Assembly (NCBI GenBank): GCA_964016885.1 | Contig: OZ024742.1 | Coordinates: 327,484,001 to 327,548,000, forward strand | Reading direction: 5' to 3' | DNA length: 64,000 nt | Origin: Eledone cirrhosa | Taxonomy: Eukaryota | In this document: positions 13,191 to 26,483 of the stretch, piece by piece | How the letters are laid out: each line of letters opens with the position of its first letter | How positions within the stretch are numbered: the first letter of the stretch is position 1 | Made by a program: the position numbers and the translations under genes | The notes under the pieces: generated by a model | What the model was told of the DNA's origin: nothing | The model's database searches: none | Seen by the model: only the letters and a program-made list of their open reading frames with translations

Positions 13191-13649
13191 TAAACGGAAT
13201 AGAAAATGCTGACAAATTGTTCACAGTTGAAAAATGGTTTAATTAGGAATAAAAGAGTATTAGTGATTGTATGGGTTAGTATTCAGTTGTGGTTTTAAGT
13301 TTTTAAGTTTTTACCGGTTGCGCATTTCTAAATGCTTTTCAAAAATAATTTTGAGATAGAGTGTCCGTGCTGTTTGCTCTGATCTGATTAGTTTTGGGAA
13401 TTCTACCTGTTTTTATGTTAAAAAAGTGGCTCCAATTTGCAAAAATTCTTGTGGTCAAAACAATTTTGATTGGTCGGTAGAGGTCATGTGAATGTAAAAA
13501 ATTGATTTTGCGCCAAGACTGTTTTTATGTTAAAAAAGTGGCTCCAGCAAAACTTCTTGTGGTCAAAACAATTTTGATTGGTCGGTAGAGGTCATGTGAA
13601 TAAAAAATTGGTTTTGCGCCAAGATTGAGAAATGACTCTTTCACAACAA

Positions 13650-13729
<80 letters not shown>

Positions 13730-13873
13730 AAACCACAACTGAATACTAACCCATACAATCACTAATACTCTTTTATTCCTAATTAAACCATTTTTCAACT
13801 GTGAACAATTTGTCAGCATTTTCTATTCCGTTTACCAATATATAATAACTTGTGTGTTACACCTCTATTCTTT

Positions 13874-13880
<7 letters not shown>
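13184..13880. mobile_element. PLE-like insert (family C): inverted ends 13184-13296 / 13728-13842, internal ~110-bp direct duplication, short tail, in (TA)n
   Basis: The end arms are reverse complements; ~13407-13520 is repeated at ~13519-13625. Confidence 0.7.
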
Positions 13881-13952
<72 letters not shown>

Positions 13953-13954
13953 AT

Positions 13955-14133
13955 AATAATTGTTTCTACGTTTGGCACAAGGCCAGCAATTATCTCAGTG
14001 CATTACTGGTACTTTATTTTATCGACCTCGTAATGATGAAAGGCAAAGTTAACCTCGGCGGGATTTGAACTCAGATCGTAAAGGGACGTAACTATGCTGG
14101 AAAGCATGTCTGACCCTCTACTGATACTGCCAA
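13955..14133 (-). mobile_element. Nin-type SINE
   Basis: Consensus match. Confidence 0.85.
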
Positions 14134-14586
14134 TAATAGTAATAATAATAAATGTGAAGACTAAAATCCAAAGAGAGCTCGATAAGGATAAATATATATC
14201 AGATATATAAGAACACTAGAGCAAATATTTATTAAAATAACACATTAAAGTTTAATAAATATATATATATATATGATTTTGGTAAGGTTTATGTGCATTT
14301 TTTCTTCTAACTTTGATTTTGTACCTAATTATGTATGGTTAACTATATGTGTAGTCAATTTCTACAGGCTATTAGAAATACTAGGTAAATTTTTGGTAGC
14401 TATAAGTCGCGGATAAGAAGCTATATCATTTATCTATTGTTTCTTCATAAGTATATTTTAAACTTATAGCCTCGTTTAAATGATTTTTTGTGTGGTTGAT
14501 TTATGCTTGATTGGGAGAAGAAATGCAGTATATATTTTATCTAACGATTCTATGGACTTACTTTATATATATATATATATATATAT

Positions 14587-14726
14587 CAGGTTTTCCCTGA
14601 TGATTTACTTCGAATGAAACAGTTCTAGTCCTGTAGAACCCATTTCTACATTAAAGTGGGTTGTATACACTCTACTAATATATTGAGTACCTTACTTACT
14701 GTGATTACCCCTGATTGAACCCGGGA

Positions 14727-14730
<4 letters not shown>
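14587..14730 (+). mobile_element. PLE-like pLTR end (family E; relatives 15050-15100 minus, 18025-18280 split by a SINE, 45765-45890)
   Basis: Copies share CTGATGATTT..AATGAAACAGTTCT.GTCCTGTAGA...ATTGAGTACCTTACTTACTGTG, flanked by microsatellite. Confidence 0.6.
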
Positions 14731-14773
<43 letters not shown>

Positions 14774-15774
14774 CATTCTCTTACCTCAACACTTAATTTT
14801 AAATCTTTAATTTTTAGTTTTTAATTCTTAGTAATTCTTTTTGATTGTAATATTCAACATTTGATAAGATGAATTTCACTAATACATCGAAACCGGTTAT
14901 ACTTTATATACTTTAAATATATTATAAAACTCTTTTTTAAAAGAATTGTCCCTCTTATTTTTTCAATAACGTCACTTTGACGAATCAAAGAAAAAAAGGA
15001 AAACAGACACTTATATATATATATATTTATATATATATATATATAGAGATGAGATTCTACAAGACTAGAACTGTTTCATTATTTAGAAATCATCAAAAAT
15101 AGTTTAGATGAGTTGATAACACAACCATATAAAGGCAAAGAATAATTCAAAGCTCAAATGTGATTTTATTGTCCAAAGCAAGATAGGTAAAAGACAGTTC
15201 AGAGTTTAATTGGTAAATTTCCAGTCACAGTAATTTACAATATCACAGAGCATATATAAAATGAATAAAATTAACCAAAATTAAATCACATTAAATTATT
15301 TAATTGATTTACGAACGTTTCTAAGCTAACCACGGTAGGATTTGAACTCAGACACAGAGCGTGACGGGCAGTAACTCTATGCCGCAAAGCATGCTGTTTG
15401 ACGCTCTACCGATATGGTTTCGAGTCCGTCCGTCAGTCCACATAAAAGGAGTTAGCGTAGGCGCATTCAATTCTTGTCCGACAAGTGCAATTTACTTGTC
15501 CTAATAACGATATATATATATATATATAACGGCGATGAATTTTTTTGCGAGGTTTTTGATATGAAATCGTGTGTCGAAACAAATATTGTTATACTTGGGG
15601 AGGGTCATATTTGTGTAATATTTCCAGAATTAATAACAGAACACACTCACTGTTTGGTTGGTTTTCGCTTCTGTGTCTTTTATATCGGTTAATTTAATTT
15701 ATTCGGTCCTCAATGTTGCCATTGACTAACCAACGGTAAAAAATACATATATAATATAGACACAAACACATATA

Positions 15775-15815
15775 TAAAGTTCTTTCGTTGCACATCTGCA
15801 ACATCGTCAATGGTG
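15775..15815 (-). ncRNA. Hammerhead motif in the PLE pLTR (decayed TTGACGA core)
   Basis: TTGACGA-T-GTTGCA gatg TGCAAC-GAAA-GAACTT. Confidence 0.6.
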
Positions 15816-16079
15816 CTATTCTTTCTTCCCATTGCATCGTATGTCTACGTCATCTTTATTTAGTCTGTTTATATATTTATTTATTTGTTTATTTTTTGTC
15901 TTCTTTGCGCATGCGTTTGCGTGTGTGTATAGTGTTTGTTTGATGTGTGTTCGTGTTTGGGTGAGTTGATAACGTATTCTATCTTTACTAGTGTGTGTTT
16001 ATATGTGTTTGTTGTTATTGTGCTTGTGTATGTATTTATTTATCTATTTATTTATTTATTTATTTATACTTCTCTTAGG

Positions 16080-16998
16080 TCAGTGTTGTTTGTTTAGGTG
16101 TTGTTGTTATTCCATTCATTTTTTCTGTTTAGCCTTGGCCTTCTAAGTTCTATTTCACTGGCCTCTCTGATTTGCCTATCTGCTGGGTCATTTCTATGTT
16201 TAGATATTATTCTAATTTCTATGTTGTCTATGTTACCGTCATGTTGTTGTCTGGCATGTTCGTAGAGTACTGAACCGTTTTTTGTCCTTTTAGTTCCCCC
16301 CTGTGTTGGTCTATCCTGTCACCTATGCTACGAGCTGTCTCGCCTGTGTATGTTGTTGTCATGTTTCTGTAAGTACCCTCTGTACATCTTATGCTATAGA
16401 CTACGTTTCTAGTTTTACAGTTTATCCGGGGGTTTACTTTACATATGATACATTTCCTATTAGTACAGTGGGTTTTCTTAAAAGGGTAGGTTTTGCTGAT
16501 CAGGGATTTTATGGTGGTTCTTGGCTTTTCTACCACCTTAATCTTTAAGTGGGTCTTTCTCAGGGCCTTTCTACACTGGTTAGCTAATTTCCCTCCAGAG
16601 GTAGCGTCCACAAACATGACACTCTGGTATCTCTGGTTGTCGTACCATGAGGTGGCTTTCCCTATCTTATGTCTAACCCTATCTAAGCTATTCCATGATT
16701 TGCTCCTGTATAATGGGCAAATTCCTTTCATGTCCAGTTCTATGAGGGTCTTATACTTCTCCGTGGCTCCTTCGTATACTCTGATTATGTCTCTTTGGTT
16801 GTAGCCAGAGAACTGCATGCGGTTGATGAAGTGTTGGATGTGTCTTTCCATTTCTGTTGGGTCGCACATGCGGGACACGTTCTTCATCACTCGTACCAAG
16901 TCTGCGATCAGAATATTAAACTTAGCACTACTGGACATTGCTGAGTTTTTGAGTATCAGGTATTTGGAGGCCATGGGTTTAGCATAGTGTGAGTGGAG
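16080..16998 (-). pseudogene. PLE RT C-terminus, Cys-rich linker and GIY-YIG endonuclease, frameshifted
   Basis: Motifs as above; one frameshift near 16290. Confidence 0.85.
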
Positions 16999-17147
16999 AA
17001 TTGAGGACCGAATAAATTAAATTAACCGATATAAAAGACACAGAAGCGAAAAGCGAAAACCAACCAAACAGTGAGTGTGTTCTGTTATTAATTCTGTCAA
17101 TATTACACAAATGTGACCCTCCCCAAGTATAACAATATATATATATA

Positions 17148-17239
<92 letters not shown>

Positions 17240-17240
17240 T

Positions 17241-17386
<146 letters not shown>

Positions 17387-17869
17387 CAACGATAATGATT
17401 CAAATGTAAATAAAGGTGTATATAACGATTCGAATGTAAATAATATATTGAATAAGTTTGTGTATATATAAGAATATGTAATTTTATATAAATACTCATT
17501 CTCCTAGCGAAGACAATGGAGTTTGGTTATATACACAGACAAACACATTTTATTCATAGTTTTAGAAATGATATTGCGTTCCTGTAGAAAATCTGACATT
17601 ATCTAGTAATGCCCGTAAGGGTGGTTGGTTGTTCCAGAGCCTAAGCCTCGTTATCACCTTCACCCGCGGTAATGCTGCCAGTGTGTTGACTTGCCTCAAA
17701 AAGTATTAGAGGGAGGCCCTAGTACCATTTATAGGCATCATTGCAAATCACTGAACTTTTTATTTCATAGATGTCATTTTGTTACTGAAAATTTCAACTA
17801 CTTCCTGTAGAAGACATGTAAAATGTCTTTAGAAAAACTTTAAACTTGAAATTTACAAATTAAAACAAT

Positions 17870-17939
17870 GAAAAAATAAAATCTCAAATAGTATCCGAGA
17901 TATGGTATTTTATGAACAGGGGAATACTTTATGCTCACC

Positions 17940-17943
<4 letters not shown>
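17870..17943. mobile_element. Probable Tc1/mariner-type MITE end
   Basis: Ends ...TTTATGCTCACCCTG followed by TA; partner end not found. Confidence 0.35.
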
Positions 17944-17996
<53 letters not shown>

Positions 17997-18053
17997 GAGA
18001 GAGAGAGAAGAGAGAGTGTTGTTGATAGTCCTGTAGAAACCAGTTCTATATTA

Positions 18054-18225
18054 AATAATTGTTTTTACTTTTGGCACAAGACCAGCTATTACCCAGTACA
18101 TTACTGGTACTTTATTTTATCGACCCCGTAAGGATGAAAGGCAAAGTTAACCTCGACGGGATTTTAACTCGGACCGTAAAGGGAGGTAACTATGTTAGAA
18201 AGCATGGCCTCCAACCCTCTACCGA
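18054..18225 (-). mobile_element. Nin-type SINE inserted into a family E pLTR
   Basis: Consensus match; the flanks rejoin to give family E sequence. Confidence 0.8.
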
Positions 18226-18282
18226 ATGATGTTTACACTTTACTAACTGTGATTACCCCCGTTTTCACTCAGGATTTAGACA

Positions 18283-18363
<81 letters not shown>

Positions 18364-18984
18364 GTGCGTTTATGCGCACACATATGCGTATTTAATTATA
18401 CATAATTTTTTAAGGAGTCTAATTTAAATAACGTTAAAAAAATGCTTTTGTATTGAAACCTATCGTAAAATATGGAGGTTGACATTTGTAAATTAGTGTT
18501 TACAAAGTCAAGTAACTCGATCTCACAATGAAAACAATGCTGACGTTAATGGTCTTGTTATAATAGACTAACTTAGATGGTTGAGTATCAAAGCAGTGTT
18601 GTTCAATGACATCTCAGCTGACACACAGCCTGAATTCGCTTATCTAATAGTGTCATTATAGGGTTTTAGCTAATCTGTTAGGAACCACAGATGCAGTTCA
18701 GTACCACATTTACATTTGGGATAAGTGGGCTGCAGCCCAAGGGTCTCATAGTTCAGGGTCTCTGTTCCGTTTTAAATATGCGCTAAAATATATTTTAAAG
18801 TATATGCTAATTAATATTATACTCAATTAAGATAGGTCTTATAACCCTATTAGAATTCAATGTGATATTGTTATGAATATCCTATCGAAGCAAAGAGAAA
18901 TTGGTTTTGTGGAAAAGTGGTATCTTATTGCAAGTCAATGAGTATTATAAAATTAGTCATATATATATACTGTATATATATATA

Positions 18985-19451
18985 TTTGTTTTGCGAGGTT
19001 TTTGATATGAAATCGTGTGTCGAAACAAATATTGTTATACTTGGGGAGGGTCATATTGTTATAATAATATTGCCAGAAATAATAACAGAACACACTCACT
19101 GTTTGGTTGGTTTTCGCTTCTGTATCTTTTACATCTCCACAGTTAATTTATTCGGTCCTCAATGTTTACCATTGACTGACCAACGGTAAAAAATACATAT
19201 ATAATATAGATATAAGCACATATATATATAGTCTAACAAAGTTCTTTCGTTGCACATCTGCAACATCATCAGTGGTACTATTATGTTCCTCCTGTTGCAT
19301 TGTATATCTACGCCATCTGGTAAACATTGAGGACCGAATGAATTAACTGTGGAGATGTAAAAGATACAGAAGCGAAAACCAACCAAACAGTGAGTGTGTT
19401 CTGTTATTATTTCTGGTAATATTATTACAACAATATGACCCTCCCCATGTA

Positions 19452-19457
<6 letters not shown>
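18985..19457 (-). mobile_element. Family A fold-back without ORF: tail 18985-19029, arms ~19033-19171 / 19319-19455
   Basis: Nearly identical to 15540-15850; same inverted-arm boundary; flanked by (TA)n. Confidence 0.85.
19235..19277 (-). ncRNA. Minimal hammerhead motif
   Basis: CTGATGA-T-GTTGCA gatg TGCAAC-GAAA-GAACTT. Confidence 0.7.
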
Positions 19458-19491
<34 letters not shown>

Positions 19492-19632
19492 TATATATAT
19501 ATATATAATTGGTATTGGATGCTTAAAGCGTCCGTATGCGGTAGGCCGTATGGGTACTCAATGCCCTCGTAGAGCAGAGTATGATATCACAGAAAAAAGA
19601 GAATCAGTGTTGCGACGAAAGGAACTTATTGG

Positions 19633-19725
19633 ACATATTACAATTGTTTCTCGGGCGACCAGCTCGAGGCACGATCGATATGGTGATCAAACCTGACTCT
19701 GAAATCACTCGGTCGTCGGATACGT
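19633..19725 (-). ncRNA. Hammerhead motif with long stem II insert (CCGACGA core)
   Basis: ACGTAT-CCGACGA-CCGAGTGATT...GGTCGCCCGA-GAAA-CAATTG-TA-ATATGT; stem I pairs 6/6 including one G-U. Confidence 0.55.
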
Positions 19726-19825
19726 TTCGATTCTACAAAGCAGATTTTCCTATAGTCCTTTAACATCGAATTTCTTCGTTTGTTGATTTAGATCCTGTTG
19801 TTGTCATTCATATATATATATATAT

Positions 19826-20421
19826 ATACAAAATTACAAGAAACGAAGTGAGCTGTGTGGTTACTGTAAACAAAGTTTAGGATGGTAATATGGACGAAAC
19901 AAGAGAAGAAATCCTTCATCAGCTGTAAACCGTAGATCATAGATGTTTCGGCGTTCAATACAGGGCATCAAAAGTGATCAGCGGCGCGCCCAAGGCCTTT
20001 TATCGATCAAAAGGCCAGAAGGTCTGGGGCGCGCCGCTGATCGCTTTTGATGTCCTGTACTGAGCGCCGAAACATCTATGATTTACGTTTTACAGCTGAT
20101 GAAGGATTTCTTCTCTCGTTTCGTTCATATTACCACCCTAAATTTTGTTTACAGTAACCTCACAACTCACTTCGTTTCTTGTAATTTTGTATTTACCGCT
20201 GTGACCCCCCCTCTGCCTGTTTTGCTCGATTTGTGGTCCCACCACGCTTTCATATCGACTCTCCCCTTCTCTCTTCCCTTTTCTCTCTCTCTCGTTCTCT
20301 CTCTCCTTTTATTCTTTTTTTCTTTTCTTTCCCTCCTGGCCTTTTGATCGATAAAAGGCATTGGGCGCGCCGCTGAACGCTTTTGATATCCCGTATTGAG
20401 CGCCGAAACATCTATGATCTA
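19826..20421. mobile_element. Fold-back insert: arms ~19826-19992 / 20025-20192, tail, then a partial direct repeat 20336-20421
   Basis: Diverged reverse-complement arms; the segment GGCGCGCCGCTGA..CGCCGAAACATCTATGAT occurs three times. Confidence 0.75.
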
Positions 20422-20431
20422 TCTATATATA

Positions 20432-20710
20432 CTAGCCGAATTACTCGCGCCTTGTTGCGTTTTTACACATTTTTGGGATAAGAAAATGATGATTGATTTT
20501 AAATCAGTGATATAATTTATGGAGAAAAACTCCATTAGGGTGTCTTAATATTATTGAAATTTGCTGAAATTTTGTGAATAGGCACCATATCTTGTCATTT
20601 ACCTATGGTTTAAATTTCATATAAATTGAAGGCAAAACATTTTCAGCGGGGGTTTGTGCTCCCGGGGACAATCAAACAAACAGACAGGAACTACAACTTT
20701 ATATATATAT
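20432..20710 (-). mobile_element. Short non-autonomous Helitron
   Basis: Minus strand begins TATATATAAAGTTG..CTGTCTGTTTG and ends with GC-rich CGCAACAAGGCGCGAG..CGG-CTAG-T. Confidence 0.6.
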
Positions 20711-20925
20711 ATGTATATACTCTCACACGCACCCTCCGCACACATATATATATATATAACAAATAGTTTATCGCTCTACATGGCTGAATACAAGAAATGT
20801 AATCTGAGTTTTTCGAATATTAATAACAATATTCGATTCGTTTGCAATTATGCAAACGGCCTCTTTTAAGCCATATCAGTAGAATGACCGCGCATTTTTG
20901 CTCTTGTGTTAGCATGTAAACAAAA

Positions 20926-20970
20926 CTGCAGACATTAATGTTTCTGGGTGATTACCCTTCATCAGTATAC
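20926..20970 (-). ncRNA. Minimal hammerhead motif
   Basis: CTGATGA-AGGGT aatc ACCCA-GAAA-CATTAATG-TC with palindromic stem III and a GUC site; stem I is weak. Confidence 0.6.
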
Positions 20971-21154
20971 TGCTTACCTGCCAAATGTCAGAGCTAGTGA
21001 AAATATGATATTTTCTGAAATATAGTGACTGATCGGCCTGATTTACATATTAACAGACTGTCTGATCTGTCAGATTTGCATATTAGCAGACCCACTGATC
21101 AGCCAGATTTGCATATCTGCAGATAGGCAGTCAGTCTCATGTATACATATATAT

Positions 21155-21440
21155 ATAAAATGTTGAACAATGAAAGCAAGACAAAGTTTAGTAGTTATTA
21201 AATCCATTGTTTTACGATCGTTTCAAAGGGCAAAATAAACAAAAGAATTAGTTTGAAGTTGCGTAGCTGTTATCTATTAGCTATTTTGCCCTTTGAAACG
21301 ATCGTAAACAATGGAGTAATTAACTATTAAACTCTGTTTTATTTGTTTTCATTGTTCAACATTATATATTAAAATATATATATGAAACACGATATTTTTT
21401 TATCAAAATCTAGAATATTATAATTGTTATAAAATATGTT
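21155..21440 (+). mobile_element. Diverged fold-back insert, arms ~21157-21236 / 21281-21366
   Basis: Reverse-complement arms containing a hammerhead 3' half, GAAA-CGATCG-TA. Confidence 0.7.
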
Positions 21441-21959
21441 TCGTTTTCTTTGCGTGTCACTTGTGTTATAGAGGTTGGCATGAATCGATGCCAGTGTCTA
21501 AGCATCATTCTATGTACTGAACTTCATTATTGTACTTTTAATATCCATTAATTTTTTTTTTTTTTCAAGCAGATTTTGCGGGCCCCAAATGTTCTCTAGC
21601 CCATGCCCCCTAGTTGTTTTAATCCGGCATTGAAGCAGATGAGATAATACAGTGGAAGCATAGAAACAGTAATGCATGGACAAAGATCTCTTACAATATT
21701 CAATTACATCCCTTTATATTCTGACTCAAATTTCACCACAGACGTGGGTTCGACTTCTGGATGAGGCAGCACGTAGTGTTCTTGAGCAAAGCACTTTATT
21801 GCAAATTGCTCCAGTCTACTCAGCTGAAAATGATTAACAGTAGCAGTTGCAGGTTAACCCAACAATTGACTGGAGCCATGACTAGTCGTTAACGCCAATA
21901 AAACCAGTATGCTCAACAGTCTAAACCTCCTGGCTTGGAACAAATTGTTGCCACCCTGT

Positions 21960-22130
21960 TTACCTCTAAACCCTAAACACTAACCCCGAAACTAACGTCA
22001 CTCATGTACCCTAAACTCTAACTTTAAATCCTAGCACCATTTCCAATCCCAAACCTTTAACCCGTACCGTAACCATTTACTTTAAACTTTAACCCATCTT
22101 TAACTCTCTTCTTGATATCTAATCCTAAGG
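21960..22130 (+). repeat. Degenerate (CCCTAA)-like hexamer tract
   Basis: Recurring CCCTAA/CTAACC/TTTAAC units. Confidence 0.45.
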
Positions 22131-22949
22131 CACAATTTCTAAATTTTAAAACAGAAATTAAAGAAATACATAGACAAGAAAATGTTACAGTGGGGAGTCT
22201 AAATATTACACAAATCTATGAAAATATATGTTTGTTGGTCAGTTCTAATTTGTTTAGTTTATAATTTAATGATATTCAATATAATCCTTCCCATTAAAAT
22301 TAAAACTTTCAAGCAGCATGTAACCCAAATAAATTAAAAAGGAAATTGTGGCGTGTAATCCTGAAACGTAGAATAACGCTCTGTGTGTTTAATCTAATCT
22401 GTCAACAACTAAACATAAACAAATGTACGTAACATATTAGGATTGCAGTAAATACCAGTGCAGAATGCGATTGGTCCTAATTGTTTATTCCCTCCACCAC
22501 CACTTAAACATATAAATGTTCACTCACCTCTTTTCCTTTCTTCATTACAAAACCAGTTTCCTGCTATAGTAAATATGTATTTTTCTTTGTTAATAAATTT
22601 AATATTTTGAAAAGTTATGAAGAAAAACCACATAATCTTTAACTTGAAAAGATGTGCATCTATGCAACATTTGAGACCATGCATACATATACACATAAGA
22701 AGTAAGAAACTCTAGGGAGAGCGGGAGGATATAAGGTCTCCTAAATGGTTTCCCCCCTTCCTTATGCAAGTGTATTGACGTTTAACTCCTTACACTATTA
22801 TCCGTATCTAGGTCAAGGCTTCTGGGTGTCCTTCTACTGACACTTTTTATCCACTTGGGTATCAATAATTTCTGAGTAGGGCAGTGAAGCATTTTGTAGA
22901 TTGCATCTGTTCCTTCCTCCTTGACTAAATCCTGTTGGAACTTTTCTCA

Positions 22950-24180
22950 GTTTCCTTTACTTCGGCCTTCTTCTTTTTCGGCCCTCTTTTTTTTCTCTGA
23001 AAATGAGAGCTGTTTCATGAGATTATAGGCAACTTTGTCTACAAACCCTCTGGCCCCAACCTATTTAGTAAAGATTTTGGTCTGGAAGCCGGCTTCTCTC
23101 ATGTTGCTGACTAAACTGGCATACTCCTCGGTCTTGTAGATATGGGTTCTTCCATTCTACTTTCAAACGGTAGTCAGTTACTCAAAATGAACAGTTTTGA
23201 AGAACTAGAGCGCAATATAATCTTTGGCTTCAAGCAAGTCTTGATAATTTCTGGGTGTTTTGTTTTTCGATTCAGGGATGTCAACAGTTCACTCCCCGTC
23301 ATCGAGCACCCCCATAAGATCCCACTCCCATGCCCCGGATGGCATAGCTGTTCTTGGCCATGATTTGTTACCTCTTATCATATAGAATATCGCTGGAAAT
23401 TCTGGTGGTATGAACTTTGGCCGTACTTATCACTTGTACGATCTCCTTAAGCAATTGATTGTACCTCCAGGTGAATCTTCCTTGGGCCAACACCACATTT
23501 CATGAACTATAAACATGTATGACTGTCTATCTACTCTGGCACAATGGGATCTCAGAGTTACCTTCTTTTCCCCACTCCACTAGGTTCGCATTCAAGGATG
23601 GGAGATCACACAGACAGATCTGAGGATGAAGCTGATTCTGAGAGGGGCTATATGCCCCAAATACCGGCTGAGACTCCTCTGGAATTCACTTTTTGCCTGT
23701 CAATCTCGCCTGATGGCTTTGCTGTATTGCATTCGTGTTTCCCATGGCTTCTGACCACCATTACTGTTTTGTTACGCTCAGTCTCTGCCTATTGCCCTAA
23801 ATGTGCTCCGTTATCTCACTGATGAAGAGGTTTTCCTTCATTGTATCCACCGCATCCAGAACTTTCAATTTTCTACCTGTCTTCAGCCTTAGCTAGATCA
23901 ACAGCACATTCTTCTCTCCTGAGTCTTCAGGCGTGCTCAAAAGCCTTGCTTCTTCAAACCTGTACTCCTCGATGATGGAATTGAAAGGTAGTTTCTGCAT
24001 TATGCCAATACATTTATAATGCTCTCCCTTTTCGGTGAATCTCGTGAACATCTTTCGAGAATGGAACTCGTATGATGGAGAAGGCAAAGTGAGGAGTTAG
24101 CCTATAGAGCCTGTGGATCTAGTATTTTTCAGTGTTACCCGGTCTTTTTCCAGATGCCATCCGGACCATTTCCGGAGTTC
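22950..24180 (-). mobile_element. RLE-type (HERO/NeSL-like) non-LTR retrotransposon 3' relic
   Basis: Decayed peptides KLPFNSIIEEYRFEEARLL, SFILRSV, LAQGRFTWRYNQLL and KTEEYASLV..AGFQTKIF..VGARGF resemble the post-RT, zinc-knuckle and RLE regions of R2-group elements. Confidence 0.75.
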
Positions 24181-24507
24181 GATGGGCTAGTCATATATCG
24201 AAAAATAGACTTCTATATATTAAGATAGAATCGTTGTTGAACATTTATCTGATCTAAGAATGATCAAATTTTCTACTACATATCGACGAGTTGATAATTT
24301 GGTTATTTTCCGATCGATCCTGGTACTTAATTCATACTTTCTTTTTACTGACTCCAGAAAGATGAAAATCAAAGCTGACTTTAGAGACATTTGAATTAAG
24401 AATGTAAACAGCCGAAACAAATAACACAAGGAGCGTAATTTGATAAACGCTCGAAAGATACTACCAATGCACGGCGCTATCTTCAAGCAGTATTATTAGC
24501 GCTGAGT

Positions 24508-24735
24508 AGGGCGGTGGATTAGTAGTATCAGACCGTAAAGGACTGTAACTCTATGCTTTACAGCATAGAGTTACAGTCCCTTACGGTCTGACTTCAAATC
24601 CCGCCGAGGTTAACTTTGCCTTTCATCCTTACGGGGTTGATAAAATAAAGCACCAGTAACGTACTTGGGTCGATTTAATCGACTCTCCCCTCTCCCAAAA
24701 TTACTGGCCTTGTGCCTATACAAGAAATCATTATT
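24508..24735 (+). mobile_element. Nin-type SINE with TSD and an internal 64-bp hairpin (24528-24591)
   Basis: Flanked by ATTATTAG(C/T)GCTGAGTA; part of the head is replaced by an inverted copy of downstream SINE sequence. Confidence 0.8.
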
Positions 24736-26427
24736 AGTGCTGAGTATGGTAAAAGATTCATAGCCAGTGTAAAGGTGCTAGTAAAAAATAAGACATAAAA
24801 CATGAAGCATATAACCGCCTGGGGCGGAGGCCTTAATTAAATAAAATATTTAATAATTTCCTTTGATCAGTAAATAAGTAATTAAACATCTTTTCCACAT
24901 AGCAGCGTGGTGGAAATATCAAAGGCAGCGGAGGAGGTCATGTGATGTTATGACCTATCACATAATTTGATTTGTGTAAATGTGGGCTGGGTGGTGAAAA
25001 ATGCAAGCTTAGTAATTTTCTTAGTGTGGTCAGAAGTTTCAAAAATGAGTTTCTTCAACTTACTAAACTAAGTTAAAATTATTTTATTTTAGAAATGGGC
25101 GCACATTGTAGAGCTTGTCTAGGGTACTAAATAGCCATTGCCAGCCCTGCATATGACATATATCCTTTACTGGTTAAATTATTTGTTATGTGGAATAATA
25201 TCTATAGCTTGTTCCATACATCAGTGTCATAAGATCAGATCCCTCGAGGTCAACTTCACCATTTATACCGGTCACATCAGGTGTCGATTTTTTAAAGCTA
25301 TTCCCCACTTCCTGGCCAAGGCCAAGTCATCTTTCTCTCGATCATTGCCCATCTTGGGTCACATTATTCAATGTGCCTCCTTCAAAATTTGAGGAAGATT
25401 TGGTTGCTATTTCTAGCAGATCAAGCATCTATGTAGAAGTCCCTTCGCTGGTTTGTTATTTTAATTCTTTCTGGTTATGTATGGCCTTATAATTGCTGTA
25501 GTGATGATAATGATGATGATGATGATGATGATGATGGAGAGGAGGATAGCGGTGAAAGAGGGGAGTATTTTACCATTGTTTGTTTCACAACAGTTATTCA
25601 TCTTCAAGCATACTCTCTAATGTTTTTAATCTATTTAATTCACTTTTCTACACACTCTTGCTCTCACCCCTTCACTATATCACTCTAGCTTTATTCCACA
25701 TTCTCATACTCCTACACACTCCATCTGCACACAGTTTCTCTCTTCACCCCCACTCTTCTGTTTCGTGTATACATACCACCCAACCCAACCCACCAAACTC
25801 CCCACTCTCTCATCTCTAGCAAGAGAGTAAGTACCCTATTGTTTCTTAACTGACTGAGGTCATGTCTTAAGTGGTTGATCGCCCTCAATGATGAGAGCAG
25901 ATTAAGTAAGTAAAAAACAGCAAACCTGACCTTAACCAACACACTACCACTCTTTCATAATCAAGGAAACCTACAAAAACTGTTGTAATACATGGAATAG
26001 TAGTTAGATTTACATAATATAAAAGAAAGTAGATTTGACCAAAGAAATAAGTTTCCACTGGCATTTCAATTGGTCTTTTCAATGCTGATACTATCTGCCA
26101 GTCGCAATTCCTAGCAGGAGTAGAGATTTGAATTTTGAACGCACAAAAGTATTAACATGTCTAACACTTTAACACTTCACCAATCAACCACCTCCTGGAC
26201 TGGTACTTTATTTATCGACCCGGAAAGGATGAAGGGCAAAGTTGAGATTGGTGTGATTTGTGAACTAAAACCGCAGTGAGCCAGAACCGATACCGAAGCA
26301 TTTAATCTGACACACTAAAATCTTTGCAAATTTGTAATAAACAGAAATGAAATCATTCATACAATCACACACACACACACACACACACACATATCATATA
26401 TATATATATAGATATAAATGTGTGTGT

Positions 26428-26483
<56 letters not shown>

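Larger units (their letters stand above)
15530..17135 (-). mobile_element. 5'-truncated Penelope-like retroelement (family A): RT-thumb/GIY-YIG relic, 3' pLTR with hammerhead, inverted pLTR piece at the 5' end (17001-17135)
   Basis: ORF 16228-16974 contains (YAKP)MASKYL.., CTNRKCIIC..NCKTRNVVYSIRC and YTGETARSIGDRIDQH. A frameshifted continuation reads ..RQIREASEIELRRPRLN. 17001-17135 is the reverse complement of ~15583-15714. Both ends lie in (TA)n. Confidence 0.9.

Noticed and set aside
14592-14640. CTGATGA...GAAAC...GTC as an intact hammerhead (also ~45767)
   Set aside because: Stem II only forms by borrowing the core A, and stem I does not pair convincingly. Kept only as a family E marker.
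21960-22130. Interstitial telomere or fusion site
   Set aside because: Too degenerate and short, with no head-to-head arrangement.
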